From: a virus
Taxonomy: Duplodnaviria > Caudoviricetes
IMG/VR virus record: IMGVR_UViG_3300048998_000075
Span: 1 to 44,518 of that record
DNA length: 44,518 nt
Reading direction: 5' to 3' (one strand)
Positions 26,286 through 34,531 of the stretch are shown piece by piece. Both the position numbers and the translations under genes were made by a program. Position 1 is the first letter of the stretch, and every line of letters begins with the position of its first letter. The notes beneath the pieces were generated by a model that had not been told where the DNA came from, did no database searches, and saw only the letters and a list, made by a program, of their open reading frames with translations.

Positions 26286-26524
26286 GCCGACACCTCATCT
26301 GTGCGCGTCGCGGAGAGGCGGCCGTCATGGATCGTGATGGGGTGGGCGGGGCCGAACTTCCGGTCCACCGCTCGGACGAACCGCAACAGGTCGTCGTTCG
26401 TCGCGGTCTGGTGATAGATGACGCTGCCGAATGCGGAAACCCGAGGCTCCAAGTCCAGGCTGACCTGCTCGGTTACCGTCAGCCGCGCTGGTGGCTTCTC
26501 TGGCTCGATCTTCTTGCCCTTCAC
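26282..26524 (-). CDS. hypothetical protein
   Basis: AAGGAG RBS before GTG. Confidence 0.65.
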   Translation of the reverse strand: MKGKKIEPEKPPARLTVTEQVSLDLEPRVSAFGSVIYHQTATNDDLLRFVRAVDRKFGPAHPITIHDGRLSATRTDEVSA

Positions 26525-26612
26525 GTACTCTCCTTCTGTAGAGGTTTTTTCGGACGCGTCTCGTTGGCCTTGACCGGGTGGCGAGACGCGTTCGCTTTGT
26601 GGTGGCGGTGCG

Positions 26613-26771
26613 TCAGTACGTCAGCGACTCGTCGCCCACACCCGTACGGATCTGCGCCTTGCTCGCCTCGCTGAGCTCTTTCCACTCCTTCGCGAACTGC
26701 GAGAGGGTGTCGCGGCTCGCCTCGCCGGTCTTGAAGTAGTCGGCGACATCCTTGATCGTTGCGTCGGTCAT
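26613..26771 (-). CDS. small hypothetical protein
   Basis: AAAGGAG RBS; F..EWKELS...GVGDESLTY. Confidence 0.7.
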   Translation of the reverse strand: MTDATIKDVADYFKTGEASRDTLSQFAKEWKELSEASKAQIRTGVGDESLTY

Positions 26772-26794
26772 GTTGCGTTCTCCTTTGTTGTTGT

Positions 26795-26953
26795 TCAGCC
26801 GTGGAGCTGCTGCTCCCGGCTCTCCCCCGCGGTATCCCGGCAATCCGTGCCGCACCACTTGTCGGCGCGTTCGTAGCCGAGCCACCCCACCTGATCCAGA
26901 GACACAACCGGGACGCCCGTAATCGGCGCCTCACACTCCAGACAGCGGGTCAT
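26795..26953 (-). CDS. hypothetical protein (CxxC...CxxxC)
   Basis: Coupled ORF. Confidence 0.55.
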   Translation of the reverse strand: MTRCLECEAPITGVPVVSLDQVGWLGYERADKWCGTDCRDTAGESREQQLHG

Positions 26954-27138
26954 GGCTTGGTCCATTCGCCGTCGCTGAACACGCGCAGCGAACGGCCAGC
27001 GGCCGACACGTACACGTCGATGTGCTTGCCTGTCGCAGTGGCGATACGGATGCACACGCCGCGCTCAGGGATGGACGCCATGCGCGTCACTTCGGCGGCA
27101 CCGAACGTGAACCCGTACTCGGTCAGCTCGCTGCTCAT
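26950..27138 (-). CDS. hypothetical protein
   Basis: TEYGFTFGAAEVTR...VYVSAAGRSLRVF. Confidence 0.65.
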   Translation of the reverse strand: MSSELTEYGFTFGAAEVTRMASIPERGVCIRIATATGKHIDVYVSAAGRSLRVFSDGEWTKP

Positions 27139-27226
27139 TTCGATGCCCGGTCGAGGATCGCGAAGAACTCCCGCAAACCCCAGACCCACACCGCATCAGC
27201 GACACGAGAAAACACGCGGCGCGGGC

Positions 27227-27433
27227 TCACCGGCCCTCACTGATCCAGTCGCAGACGCGATCGAGGGCGTAGATGACTACCCCCGCCAGCGCGACGGCGC
27301 CGAGCGCGGCCAGCACCCATCCCTTGTCACCAGTGACGAGCGACCCGATGCCGCCGAACACGACGACCACGGCGAACACCCCGAGCTTCGCCACGCGCTC
27401 CCGCTGATCCGCGGTCTCAAACCAGCCGCTCAC
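27227..27433 (-). CDS. small membrane protein
   Basis: Two hydrophobic helices. Confidence 0.6.
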   Translation of the reverse strand: MSGWFETADQRERVAKLGVFAVVVVFGGIGSLVTGDKGWVLAALGAVALAGVVIYALDRVCDWISEGR

Positions 27434-27521
27434 CGCTGCCACCGATCCTTCGGGAAGCCCCACCGATCGAGCCCAGCGATGAAGTAGGCAATGCGGCGTA
27501 GTGCCCGTCTAACCCGCCCGT

Positions 27522-27734
27522 TCATCGCTGCGTCTCGCTGGAAACCGGTTCCGCTCCTGGCCCATGCACGGGAGCGGAACCGGAGACAGAGGGAGCAGCA
27601 GCAAGGAAGAACGGGCCGCTGCTCTCGTCGCACCAGCACTGGACCTTCCCGGGGCGGACCAGTTCGATGCCGCAGTTCACGCGGTCGCAGATCGCCCACG
27701 CATTGCCGTGGCCGTCGCCCATCCATCTGCTCAT
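27522..27734 (-). CDS. hypothetical protein
   Basis: C..CGIELVRPGKVQCWC. Confidence 0.55.
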   Translation of the reverse strand: MSRWMGDGHGNAWAICDRVNCGIELVRPGKVQCWCDESSGPFFLAAAPSVSGSAPVHGPGAEPVSSETQR

Positions 27735-28102
27735 CGCGGCGCCAACTCGAAGTGCGACCCCGGCTCATGCGTCTCCGAGATGGTCGTCATGCCGGTGGGG
27801 ACACCTACGGAGTCGTAGTCCTGCCAGCAGCCGTCAGCCTGACCGAGCGTGTAGCCCGCGAACGTGTCGATGAACTCCTTGCGTGCGTTGCGGCGGCGCA
27901 TGTCCTTGATCCGGCCACCGCTGACACTCGGCAGCGACGAGACGATCCGGGCGGGCCGGCCGGATCGCATGTAGCGCGGGGCGCGGCGAGCGACGACGTG
28001 AACGCCATCGTCGTGGCCGAAGTCGTCCTTGCAGTCCTTCGCGTGGCAGCACGGCTGCGGCGTCGGGCCGCTCGGCATCGCCTTAATGTCAGACCACTTC
28101 AT
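27731..28102 (-). CDS. hypothetical protein
   Basis: ATG at 28102 with AAAGG upstream. Confidence 0.55.
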   Translation of the reverse strand: MKWSDIKAMPSGPTPQPCCHAKDCKDDFGHDDGVHVVARRAPRYMRSGRPARIVSSLPSVSGGRIKDMRRRNARKEFIDTFAGYTLGQADGCWQDYDSVGVPTGMTTISETHEPGSHFELAPR

Positions 28103-28184
28103 CGCTTGCTGCCTTTCTGTTGGGGGGTGGGGAGTAGTTCGGGTAGCCACCAGGACCCGGCGAGAAACAGCAACGACAGGACGG

Positions 28185-28424
28185 TCACGACGCACCGCCC
28201 AGCGCGTGCCAGCCGATGCCGTCGCAGTAGTGCCACGCCGTGCCGTCAACGGTGCGGGCGGCGGTGAACGCGCCGACGTGATCGGGGCAGACGGGCCAAG
28301 CCCACATCTCCGTGCCTCGCGGCTGATGCGTCTTGCCGCGCCCTGTGCTGATTGCGCGGGCGTAGTAGGCGCGCGCTGCCGCCTGCCTGCGCTCGCGGGC
28401 CTCTGGGCTGAGTGCGGCGGTCAC
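28185..28424 (-). CDS. hypothetical protein
   Basis: 4-bp overlaps. Confidence 0.55.
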   Translation of the reverse strand: MTAALSPEARERRQAAARAYYARAISTGRGKTHQPRGTEMWAWPVCPDHVGAFTAARTVDGTAWHYCDGIGWHALGGAS

Positions 28425-28858
28425 GACGCACGCCGATCGACCAGCGCGGCGATGCGACGCTCAAGCGCGGCCTCGTCGCGGCACGTCCGACAATTACGGC
28501 ACGGCGGACGGTTGCCCCGCTTCTTCACGATCAGGTTCGCGCCGGCCAGTTCGTGCCCGCGCTTGCAGTGCGTGGCCCCCGTCGTGGGGCTGCCGCGGCG
28601 CGAGTTCTCCGATCGGCTGACTACCTCGAGGTGCGCCGGGTTCACGCACGCCTTGACGCGGCAGAGGTGGTCGATGGTGAGGTCTTCACCGATCGGGCCT
28701 ATGTGGAGTTCGTAGGCGACACGGTGGGCGAGGAGGGCCTTGCCGTTGACGCTGATGAGGCCGTAGCCCCGCGAGTTCAGTGACCGCTTCCAGATGAGGC
28801 AGCCGTTCTCCGCTGCGGCTGCACCAGCAGCGAGGCGCTGCGCTACGTCGGGGGTCAT
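28421..28858 (-). CDS. HNH homing endonuclease
   Basis: CLIW..GYG..AHRVAYE..IDHLC..ACVNPAHLE..EN; THCKRGH..CRTC. Confidence 0.9.
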   Translation of the reverse strand: MTPDVAQRLAAGAAAAENGCLIWKRSLNSRGYGLISVNGKALLAHRVAYELHIGPIGEDLTIDHLCRVKACVNPAHLEVVSRSENSRRGSPTTGATHCKRGHELAGANLIVKKRGNRPPCRNCRTCRDEAALERRIAALVDRRAS

Positions 28859-29085
28859 GACTTCCGCCTCGAGGCGGGCTTCATGTCGGCGCGCGTCACG
28901 GGCGCCCCGGCTGGTCGGACGGTGAACATGGCGCGGATCTCCGCGAGGTGCTCGTCGGTGAACACGACCCGCCCGCCACGGCCACCGAACTTGAGGTGAG
29001 GCAGTGAGGAGGGGGTGCGGTCGCGGAGCCACGCCTCAGACACGCCCAGCGCCACCGCAGCCGACTTGTAGTCGTAGGTGGTCAC
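28855..29085 (-). CDS. excisionase-like winged-HTH protein
   Basis: AAVALGVSEAWLR..LPHLKFG..VVFT; follows cro. Confidence 0.75.
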   Translation of the reverse strand: MTTYDYKSAAVALGVSEAWLRDRTPSSLPHLKFGGRGGRVVFTDEHLAEIRAMFTVRPAGAPVTRADMKPASRRKS

Positions 29086-29321
29086 GCCGCAACGCCGGTG
29101 ACGTATGCGGGGTCACGGACCAGGGCCTTGACCTGAACGTCGAGGACGGTCGCGAGACGGTTCAGCAGCTCGAGGCTGGCTTCCTTGCGTTCGTTCTCGA
29201 TGTTATCGAGCTGGCTGTACGAGCACCGCGCGGCCTTGGCGAGTTCGCTGGTTTTCAGGCCCGCTTTGATGCGGAAGGCGCGAATCGTTGCCCCGTTGTG
29301 CCGGGTCAGCTTCTGGGTCAT
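29082..29321 (-). CDS. Cro-like XRE HTH regulator
   Basis: IRAFRIKAGLKTSELAK..SYSQLDNIENE; divergent from the repressor. Confidence 0.85.
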   Translation of the reverse strand: MTQKLTRHNGATIRAFRIKAGLKTSELAKAARCSYSQLDNIENERKEASLELLNRLATVLDVQVKALVRDPAYVTGVAA

Positions 29322-29356
29322 AGGAAGAAAGTAGAAGATAATTCGGGAAAGGTCAA
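29322..29356 (-). promoter_or_regulatory. early lytic promoter (leaderless cro)
   Basis: TTGACC-17 bp-TACTTT-6 bp-ATG. Confidence 0.75.
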
Positions 29357-29471
29357 GAGGAACCCGGAAGAGACACGCGGAAGAGTCTTCCCCCCGGAAA
29401 CACTCACTACAGCCCCGTAGTTACACGGCTGTAGTTCCTCATCAAACGGTATGAATTCTTCTAGCCCCCGC

Positions 29472-29507
29472 TAGACTCTTCCGAGTTCTTCCTGCACCCT
29501 CTTATCT
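29472..29507 (+). promoter_or_regulatory. repressor promoter (leaderless)
   Basis: TAGACT-17 bp-CACCCT-7 bp-ATG; no SD sequence. Confidence 0.5.
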
Positions 29508-29996
29508 ATGGCAACCGACAAGCACAACGCAGGCGACTGGGAACGGCTCGGTGCCGCCGTCCTAGCAGCACGCCGAAGGGCCGGGCACCGCGACATGAAG
29601 GAGTGGGCGCTTCTCGTCGGCCGCTCCACGCGAACCCTGCTCGGCCTCGAGCGCGGCGAACCGATCGGCCGCAACACGCTCCGCGACATAGAGGAGCTGC
29701 TCCACTGGCCGCCCGGGTACTGCGACGTCATCCTGACCGACCCGTCCGCCGATCTGGCACCGGAGACGAAGCGGCCCGGGAAGTCGATCGGCGCCCTACC
29801 CGACGAGGAACTCCCCCTAGACGAATACTCCACGGAGGAGCTGCTCGAGGAGGTCCGCAACCGGTACGTGGCGCTGGCCTACACGTTGCAGAACGAGACG
29901 GGCGCGGTCACCACGACGTCGCGGGCCGAGGGCAACGCGACGGTCTACGAGACGATCTCCCCCGCCGAGCTACGCAGGCGCCGGGGCAAGCCGTGA
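29508..29996 (+). CDS. immunity repressor (XRE-like HTH)
   Basis: WERLGAAVLAARRRAG..VGRSTRTLLGLERG..IEELLHWPPG. Confidence 0.85.
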   Translation: MATDKHNAGDWERLGAAVLAARRRAGHRDMKEWALLVGRSTRTLLGLERGEPIGRNTLRDIEELLHWPPGYCDVILTDPSADLAPETKRPGKSIGALPDEELPLDEYSTEELLEEVRNRYVALAYTLQNETGAVTTTSRAEGNATVYETISPAELRRRRGKP

Positions 29997-30033
29997 GCGT
30001 CGACCCGCGCGGCTACAGTCGCGCCCCACCAAG

Positions 30034-31242
30034 TCAGTGCCGGGTCAGTGCGCGGTCGATCGATGCGTTGATCGCGTCGTCTAGGTCTGGCATGAGGTGC
30101 CCGTACCTGTCCGCCGTGGTGGTGATCGATGCGTGGCCGAGGCGGCGGGACACGGCCAGCAGCGGATGCCCCTCGGAGATCAGCCACGACGCGTGGGAGT
30201 GCCTGAGGTCGTGGACGCGGGGTTTCTTGTCCAGCACCCCGGGACAGGTGCAGGGTTGCGGCTTGCGCCGCTTCACCGTCTTCGCCGCTACCTGCTCCGC
30301 GAAATGCATGTCACACACCCGGGCGCGGGCTACGGCCGGCGCCCACGCGACGTCATGGAACGTCGCGCCGAGCATCTGATGCCCGTTCGCCGACGTGATA
30401 ACGAGCTCCGTCCCGCGCTTCCCCGCGGCGAGGGGCAGGAGGATGTCGACGAGTTGCGGGGAGAGGCTGATCGTGCGCCTCGAGCGGCGCGTCTTCGGCT
30501 CCCCCGTCTTGTACGTCTGATCCGGCTGCCGCTTCCACGCCCGCACCACGGTCAGTGTCGGCCGGGTGCCGAGTAGGTCCAGATCCCGCACCCGCAGCGC
30601 GGTCGCCTCACCGAACCGCAGCCCCGTCCCGAACAGCAGTTGCGCGAGCGGCCGGTACCAGTCGGGAATCGCGGCGAGAACCGTGTCGAACTCTGCCGGC
30701 GTGAGGAACACCATCTCCTCAGTGCGGACGCCGGGGAGGTTGTCGAGGCAGGACGCGAACACGTTGTGATCGACCAGCGGCGGGCGGTGTGTGCGGGCGT
30801 CGTCGATGATCGATGACACCATGCCCTGAATGTTGCTGATCGTCTTCGCGGCGAGCCCGGACGCCACGAGGGCGTCAACCCACTTCGACACGTGCTTGTC
30901 GGTGATGAGGTCGACTGGCACGTCCCCTACGTGGGGGTAGACGTGTTTGGTGAGGTCGCGGCGGTAGTCGGCCTTGGTGCGGTCGGAGGCGCGGCGGCGG
31001 GCGGTGATGGCTTCCTCTGCCCAGTCGCGGAACAGCGGGGCGTGGGAGTCCTGGTCGTCCGCCCAGCCTTTGCCGCGTATCCAGCCGCGCGGCCAACGGT
31101 TGCCAGAGCCCTCGACGAAGAGACGGAAGTTCTCGGCCACCTCGGCGTCATAGAACGTCTGCTGCTGCTTCCTCCCGGTCTCCCGCCAGCACACCCGCCA
31201 CGACTCGTTGCCGCCCTGCTGTCGATGCTCGATGTAGGCCAT
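30034..31242 (-). CDS. int: tyrosine integrase
   Basis: TGLRFGE, PKT, HDLRHSHAS, LGHASITTTADRYGH catalytic motifs. Confidence 0.97.
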   Translation of the reverse strand: MAYIEHRQQGGNESWRVCWRETGRKQQQTFYDAEVAENFRLFVEGSGNRWPRGWIRGKGWADDQDSHAPLFRDWAEEAITARRRASDRTKADYRRDLTKHVYPHVGDVPVDLITDKHVSKWVDALVASGLAAKTISNIQGMVSSIIDDARTHRPPLVDHNVFASCLDNLPGVRTEEMVFLTPAEFDTVLAAIPDWYRPLAQLLFGTGLRFGEATALRVRDLDLLGTRPTLTVVRAWKRQPDQTYKTGEPKTRRSRRTISLSPQLVDILLPLAAGKRGTELVITSANGHQMLGATFHDVAWAPAVARARVCDMHFAEQVAAKTVKRRKPQPCTCPGVLDKKPRVHDLRHSHASWLISEGHPLLAVSRRLGHASITTTADRYGHLMPDLDDAINASIDRALTRH

Positions 31243-31265
31243 GATTCTCCGATTGCGGCGCCGAT

Positions 31266-31286
31266 TCGCTCCCTGGTCGCTCCCTG
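31266..31286. repeat. candidate integrase arm-type sites
   Basis: TCGCTCCCTG direct repeat x2 between the int start and the att core. Confidence 0.5.
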
Positions 31287-31302
31287 AGATTATTCTACAT
31301 GA

Positions 31303-31331
31303 CTACGGCCCCCAGATTTCGGGGGCCGCAG
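31303..31331 (-). terminator. hairpin following the att core
   Basis: CTGCGGCCCCC-loop-GGGGGCCGTAG. Confidence 0.6.
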
Positions 31332-31332
31332 G

Positions 31333-31360
31333 GGTGGAGGTGGCGGGAATCGAACCCGCG
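31333..31360 (-). other. attP core matching the 3' end of tmRNA (ssrA)
   Basis: CGCGGGTTCGATTCCCGCCACCTCCACC: T-arm plus 3' acceptor strand with an Ala-type G3:U70; no 5' half present. Confidence 0.8.
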
Positions 31361-31376
31361 CGACAACCCTTGTAAC

Positions 31377-31670
31377 CTATGACGCGTCCCGTATTTCCTG
31401 GCCTCCATGAAGACCCGGGGGGACTGGAATGGACCCGGGGGGCGGTATCTGCCCCCTGAGGGGGCGGGGATAGATGTGGACATTGCGGGCGGTGCTACGG
31501 GACCGCCATTCCGCTACAGCCTGCGGGTCGTACACGTCCCGCCCGCCCATCCGCACGAAGGGTGGACCCCCGCGAGAGGTCACCGCCCTCCATGCCACTA
31601 GCGTGGCCAAAGCCACGCCCAACAGTGCTGCCGTCTCCTCGCTGCTGAGGAGTCCCCCACCGGTCATCAT
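31377..31670 (-). CDS. second excisionase/AlpA-like HTH protein
   Basis: LLSSEETAALLGVALATLVAWR..GPPFVRMGGRDVY. Confidence 0.7.
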   Translation of the reverse strand: MMTGGGLLSSEETAALLGVALATLVAWRAVTSRGGPPFVRMGGRDVYDPQAVAEWRSRSTARNVHIYPRPLRGQIPPPGSIPVPPGLHGGQEIRDAS

Positions 31671-31708
31671 GGTGTGAACTGTCCGTTAGGCACCTTGAAA
31701 GATCAAGG

Positions 31709-32035
31709 CTACTGAGGCGTATCCCCGGAAGTCCCCGCATCGGGTGAAGCGGCCTGCTCGCGCCGGTACAGCTCCCTGAGCAGCTCCAGCGTCGTGAACG
31801 CGAGTAGGTCGGGCCGTACTGAGGCGCGGCGCTCCAGCTCCCCCACAGGCCAACCCAGGGCGTCGGTGATCCTGTCCCGCGTCTCGCTACGGGGCCACCG
31901 GCTGCCGGCGAGTAGCGCGCGGATGGTGGTCTCGTCCACGCCCGCCATCTTCGCGAGCACAGGCACGGTCAACCGCATGTCGTTCATCTTGATTCGTACG
32001 GCGAGGCTGGCCCACATCCGCTGTTCTTGTCTCAT
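31709..32035 (-). CDS. XRE-family HTH protein
   Basis: LTVPVLAKMAGVDETTIRALLAGSRWP..ITDALGWP. Confidence 0.8.
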   Translation of the reverse strand: MRQEQRMWASLAVRIKMNDMRLTVPVLAKMAGVDETTIRALLAGSRWPRSETRDRITDALGWPVGELERRASVRPDLLAFTTLELLRELYRREQAASPDAGTSGDTPQ

Positions 32036-32176
32036 CTCTTCCGCCTCCGGTCTCCACTACTTGCCAGATTCCTCCCCTTTGTGTGTGTAACGGTAGTGAA
32101 GTCGGCAAAGTTCAGGCACCCGTAGACGTTCCTGCCTGTTGCCCCCTACCCTCACCCGTGAAGATCGGGAGGGCAC

Positions 32177-32725
32177 ATGTGGCGGGTAGCAGCTTTGACG
32201 GCGGCCGGGATGCTGCTCGCCGCATGTACGGCGGGCACGGCGACCACCAGCGGCTCGCCCGTACAACCGAGCACACCCGCCAGCTCCACGTACTCGACCG
32301 CACCAAGCCCCACCGGGCCTACCGTCGCGCAGTGGGCCAGCCTCATCGCCGAACGCTCCACGCCCGTCATGGCGGCTCATGCCAGTCGCGCGGGGTGCCC
32401 CGTCATCGATGACGTAGCCAACTCCCCGACGTGCACCAGTCGGCGGTTCACCGTCGCCGTCACCATCGAGACGTTTGCCGTCTACGTGAAGCGCGGGCTG
32501 ACCGAGCTCGGACCCCCGCCGATCGAGATAGCAAGCCTAGTCGTGCGCACCGCAGACGCGACGGACGCCATGGCGGCAGCAGACAGCGCCTACCGGAAGG
32601 TGTGCGTCAACGGCGGCGCCGGGCCGTCCGATGAACTGGCATGCGAGAAGGCATCGGGAGGTTGGTCGACCGCTGAGCGAGGGGTGGTGTCGATGATCAA
32701 CGCATGGGCACCGTACACGCACTGA
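32177..32725 (+). CDS. lipoprotein (possible superinfection exclusion)
   Basis: Signal peptide with lipobox LAAC, Ser/Thr/Pro linker; GGGAGGG RBS. Confidence 0.8.
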   Translation: MWRVAALTAAGMLLAACTAGTATTSGSPVQPSTPASSTYSTAPSPTGPTVAQWASLIAERSTPVMAAHASRAGCPVIDDVANSPTCTSRRFTVAVTIETFAVYVKRGLTELGPPPIEIASLVVRTADATDAMAAADSAYRKVCVNGGAGPSDELACEKASGGWSTAERGVVSMINAWAPYTH

Positions 32726-32740
32726 TGGCGAACGCAAAGA

Positions 32741-32787
32741 ACCGCCCCACTTGGCATGAGCCAGCGGCTCATGCCAAGTGGGGCGGT
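32741..32787. terminator. bidirectional terminator
   Basis: Perfect 22-bp inverted repeat with a 3-nt loop between convergent units. Confidence 0.8.
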
Positions 32788-32914
32788 CTTGCGTCCCTAC
32801 GCGGGGGGCGTCCCGGGACGGCTTACGTCGGTGGGTTCCCCCGACCGGTCGAGTTTGATCGTTTCGGGCGGAAAGGTCAAGTCGCTACGTTATGACGGCT
32901 CGGCCGGGATTCGC

Positions 32915-33250
32915 CTATGCCACAGGTAGGGCAGGATCGGCCGCCTCGGGCGCATCTGGGGCGAACACCGGATCGCCGAGCGACGGATCGACATTCACCG
33001 GCTCAGCCGTCGCGGTTTGCGCGTTGAGCGCCTGCCAAGCCAGCTTCACCGCGAGCGCCAGCCCGGACACGCGGCCCTTCGTCAACGTGGCAGCCACACC
33101 GGACCGGACCACAGGGACAGCGACGACGGCAGTCATCACGTCGTTGACGTTGTGCGAGGTGAGCCACGCGCCGACCGCCGCGCCAGCGACGAGAACAGTG
33201 TCCTCGACGATGCGGAGTGCAGCGTCGAACCGAGTGTTGGGAGTGGACAT
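32915..33250 (-). CDS. holin-like membrane protein
   Basis: Hydrophobic segments; directly after the endolysin. Confidence 0.65.
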   Translation of the reverse strand: MSTPNTRFDAALRIVEDTVLVAGAAVGAWLTSHNVNDVMTAVVAVPVVRSGVAATLTKGRVSGLALAVKLAWQALNAQTATAEPVNVDPSLGDPVFAPDAPEAADPALPVA

Positions 33251-33984
33251 CAGAGAGCACCCTTCTTGACTGCGACGATGAGGTCATCGATTTGGGCTTG
33301 GAGGATCACGTACGGCTTATCCGGGTCGTTCTTGAACCAGCGGAATCGGCTGAACGCGGTCTTGTCGCGTGGCGACAGCCAGATCGGCAGCGACCCTTCC
33401 CGCACCGCGTACTGGCGGCCGGCGTTGGGGTGGCCCACCGGGATTTGGTAGAGGGTGTACATGTCTTCGTCCTCCGTAGGTGCGGTGGTCGGGGTGAGTG
33501 GCCTGACGGTCCCGGCGTCCGGGGTGTGGCTGGCGGGCCAGAGCGCGCCGACGAGCTGCGTCGCGGTCTGTTCCTGCTGCTGGTAGCGGTCGGGGAACGC
33601 GGACACCTGGACGGCCTGCGCGGCTTGGCCGGTGGTCATGTGCTGCCAGTCGAAGTCCTTCAAGCCGGCCGATCCACCGGACCCGCCGAACAGGAATTTG
33701 ACCGTGGCGGTGGCGGGGTCCATGCAGTCCGCCGCGGTGCCCCAGTAGGGGACTTGCTGTTGGAGGATGCCGACGCTGCGATGGTCGGACCCGACCGCCT
33801 CGTGCGGGATCGCGAGGGATTCGGGGACGTTGCTGTTGGCGTAGATCTTGATGCCGGATTCGACGAGCGCGGTTTCCATGACGATCACTGCGGCGCGCTG
33901 CGGGAAGCCCTGCGAGCTGACCGTCTGGACCATGACGCGGGCATGGTCACGCTGGGCTGGGGTGAGGCCGTCGAGGATCGTCAC
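33250..33984 (-). CDS. endolysin (lysozyme-like catalytic domain plus C-terminal domain)
   Basis: TALVES..SDHRSVGILQQQ..WG..MDP..AQAVQVSAFPDRY; flanked by membrane protein genes. Confidence 0.75.
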   Translation of the reverse strand: MTILDGLTPAQRDHARVMVQTVSSQGFPQRAAVIVMETALVESGIKIYANSNVPESLAIPHEAVGSDHRSVGILQQQVPYWGTAADCMDPATATVKFLFGGSGGSAGLKDFDWQHMTTGQAAQAVQVSAFPDRYQQQEQTATQLVGALWPASHTPDAGTVRPLTPTTAPTEDEDMYTLYQIPVGHPNAGRQYAVREGSLPIWLSPRDKTAFSRFRWFKNDPDKPYVILQAQIDDLIVAVKKGAL

Positions 33985-34229
33985 TGGTGGAACCCCCCGG
34001 ACGCCCACACGGACACCAGCCCGGACACGATCACCGATCCGCCGCACGCCATCCATAGGCGCCGCTCGACGGCACGTAGCCGCGTCTCGTGGTCGGCGAC
34101 CATCTTCGGCAGCGGGTCGATGGTGACTGCGATTGCCTGCATGGCCGTGGTGAGGGCTTCGAGCTTGTCGAGGAGGTCTTTGCCTGTGATGGTCGCGAGG
34201 ACCGACTGGGGCTGCGGGGGTTCGGTCAT
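33981..34229 (-). CDS. lysis-cassette membrane protein
   Basis: Coiled coil DHETRLRAVERR followed by a C-terminal TM helix. Confidence 0.7.
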   Translation of the reverse strand: MTEPPQPQSVLATITGKDLLDKLEALTTAMQAIAVTIDPLPKMVADHETRLRAVERRLWMACGGSVIVSGLVSVWASGGFHQ

Positions 34230-34376
34230 GGCATGGCGGCCTTCCGGTGGGGTTTGGGCGGTTCGCAACGTTCACAGCAGCACTGGCACAGTCGTACTGG
34301 GCCAGTTGCAGTGATTCTGTGCCAGACCTACTGGGACATATGGACTGTCAAGGTGGCGAGGCGTACGTTCTGCGGC

Positions 34377-34469
34377 ATGACGAAGTTGATCGGCTGGGTG
34401 GGTGCGGGAAGCGCCTGGGTCGTGGCGTTCGCGGGCACCTACGGGCTGCTCGCGCTACTCGCCCGCTGA
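34377..34469 (+). CDS. 30-aa hydrophobic peptide, leaderless
   Basis: MTKLIGWVGAGSAWVVAFAGTYGLLALLAR; TGGACT-17 bp-TACGTT upstream. Confidence 0.55.
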   Translation: MTKLIGWVGAGSAWVVAFAGTYGLLALLAR

Positions 34470-34531
34470 GTCTTGATCTTGCCCCGATTGGGGCGTACGG
34501 TGCGCGGAAGCCATATCGGGAGGGATAGGCG

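Noticed and set aside
31333-31460. Complete tRNA or tmRNA gene
   Set aside because: Only the 3' 28 nt are present, which fits an att core
34320-34351. TTGACA on the minus strand as a lysis promoter
   Set aside because: No acceptable -10 element at 16-18 bp spacing
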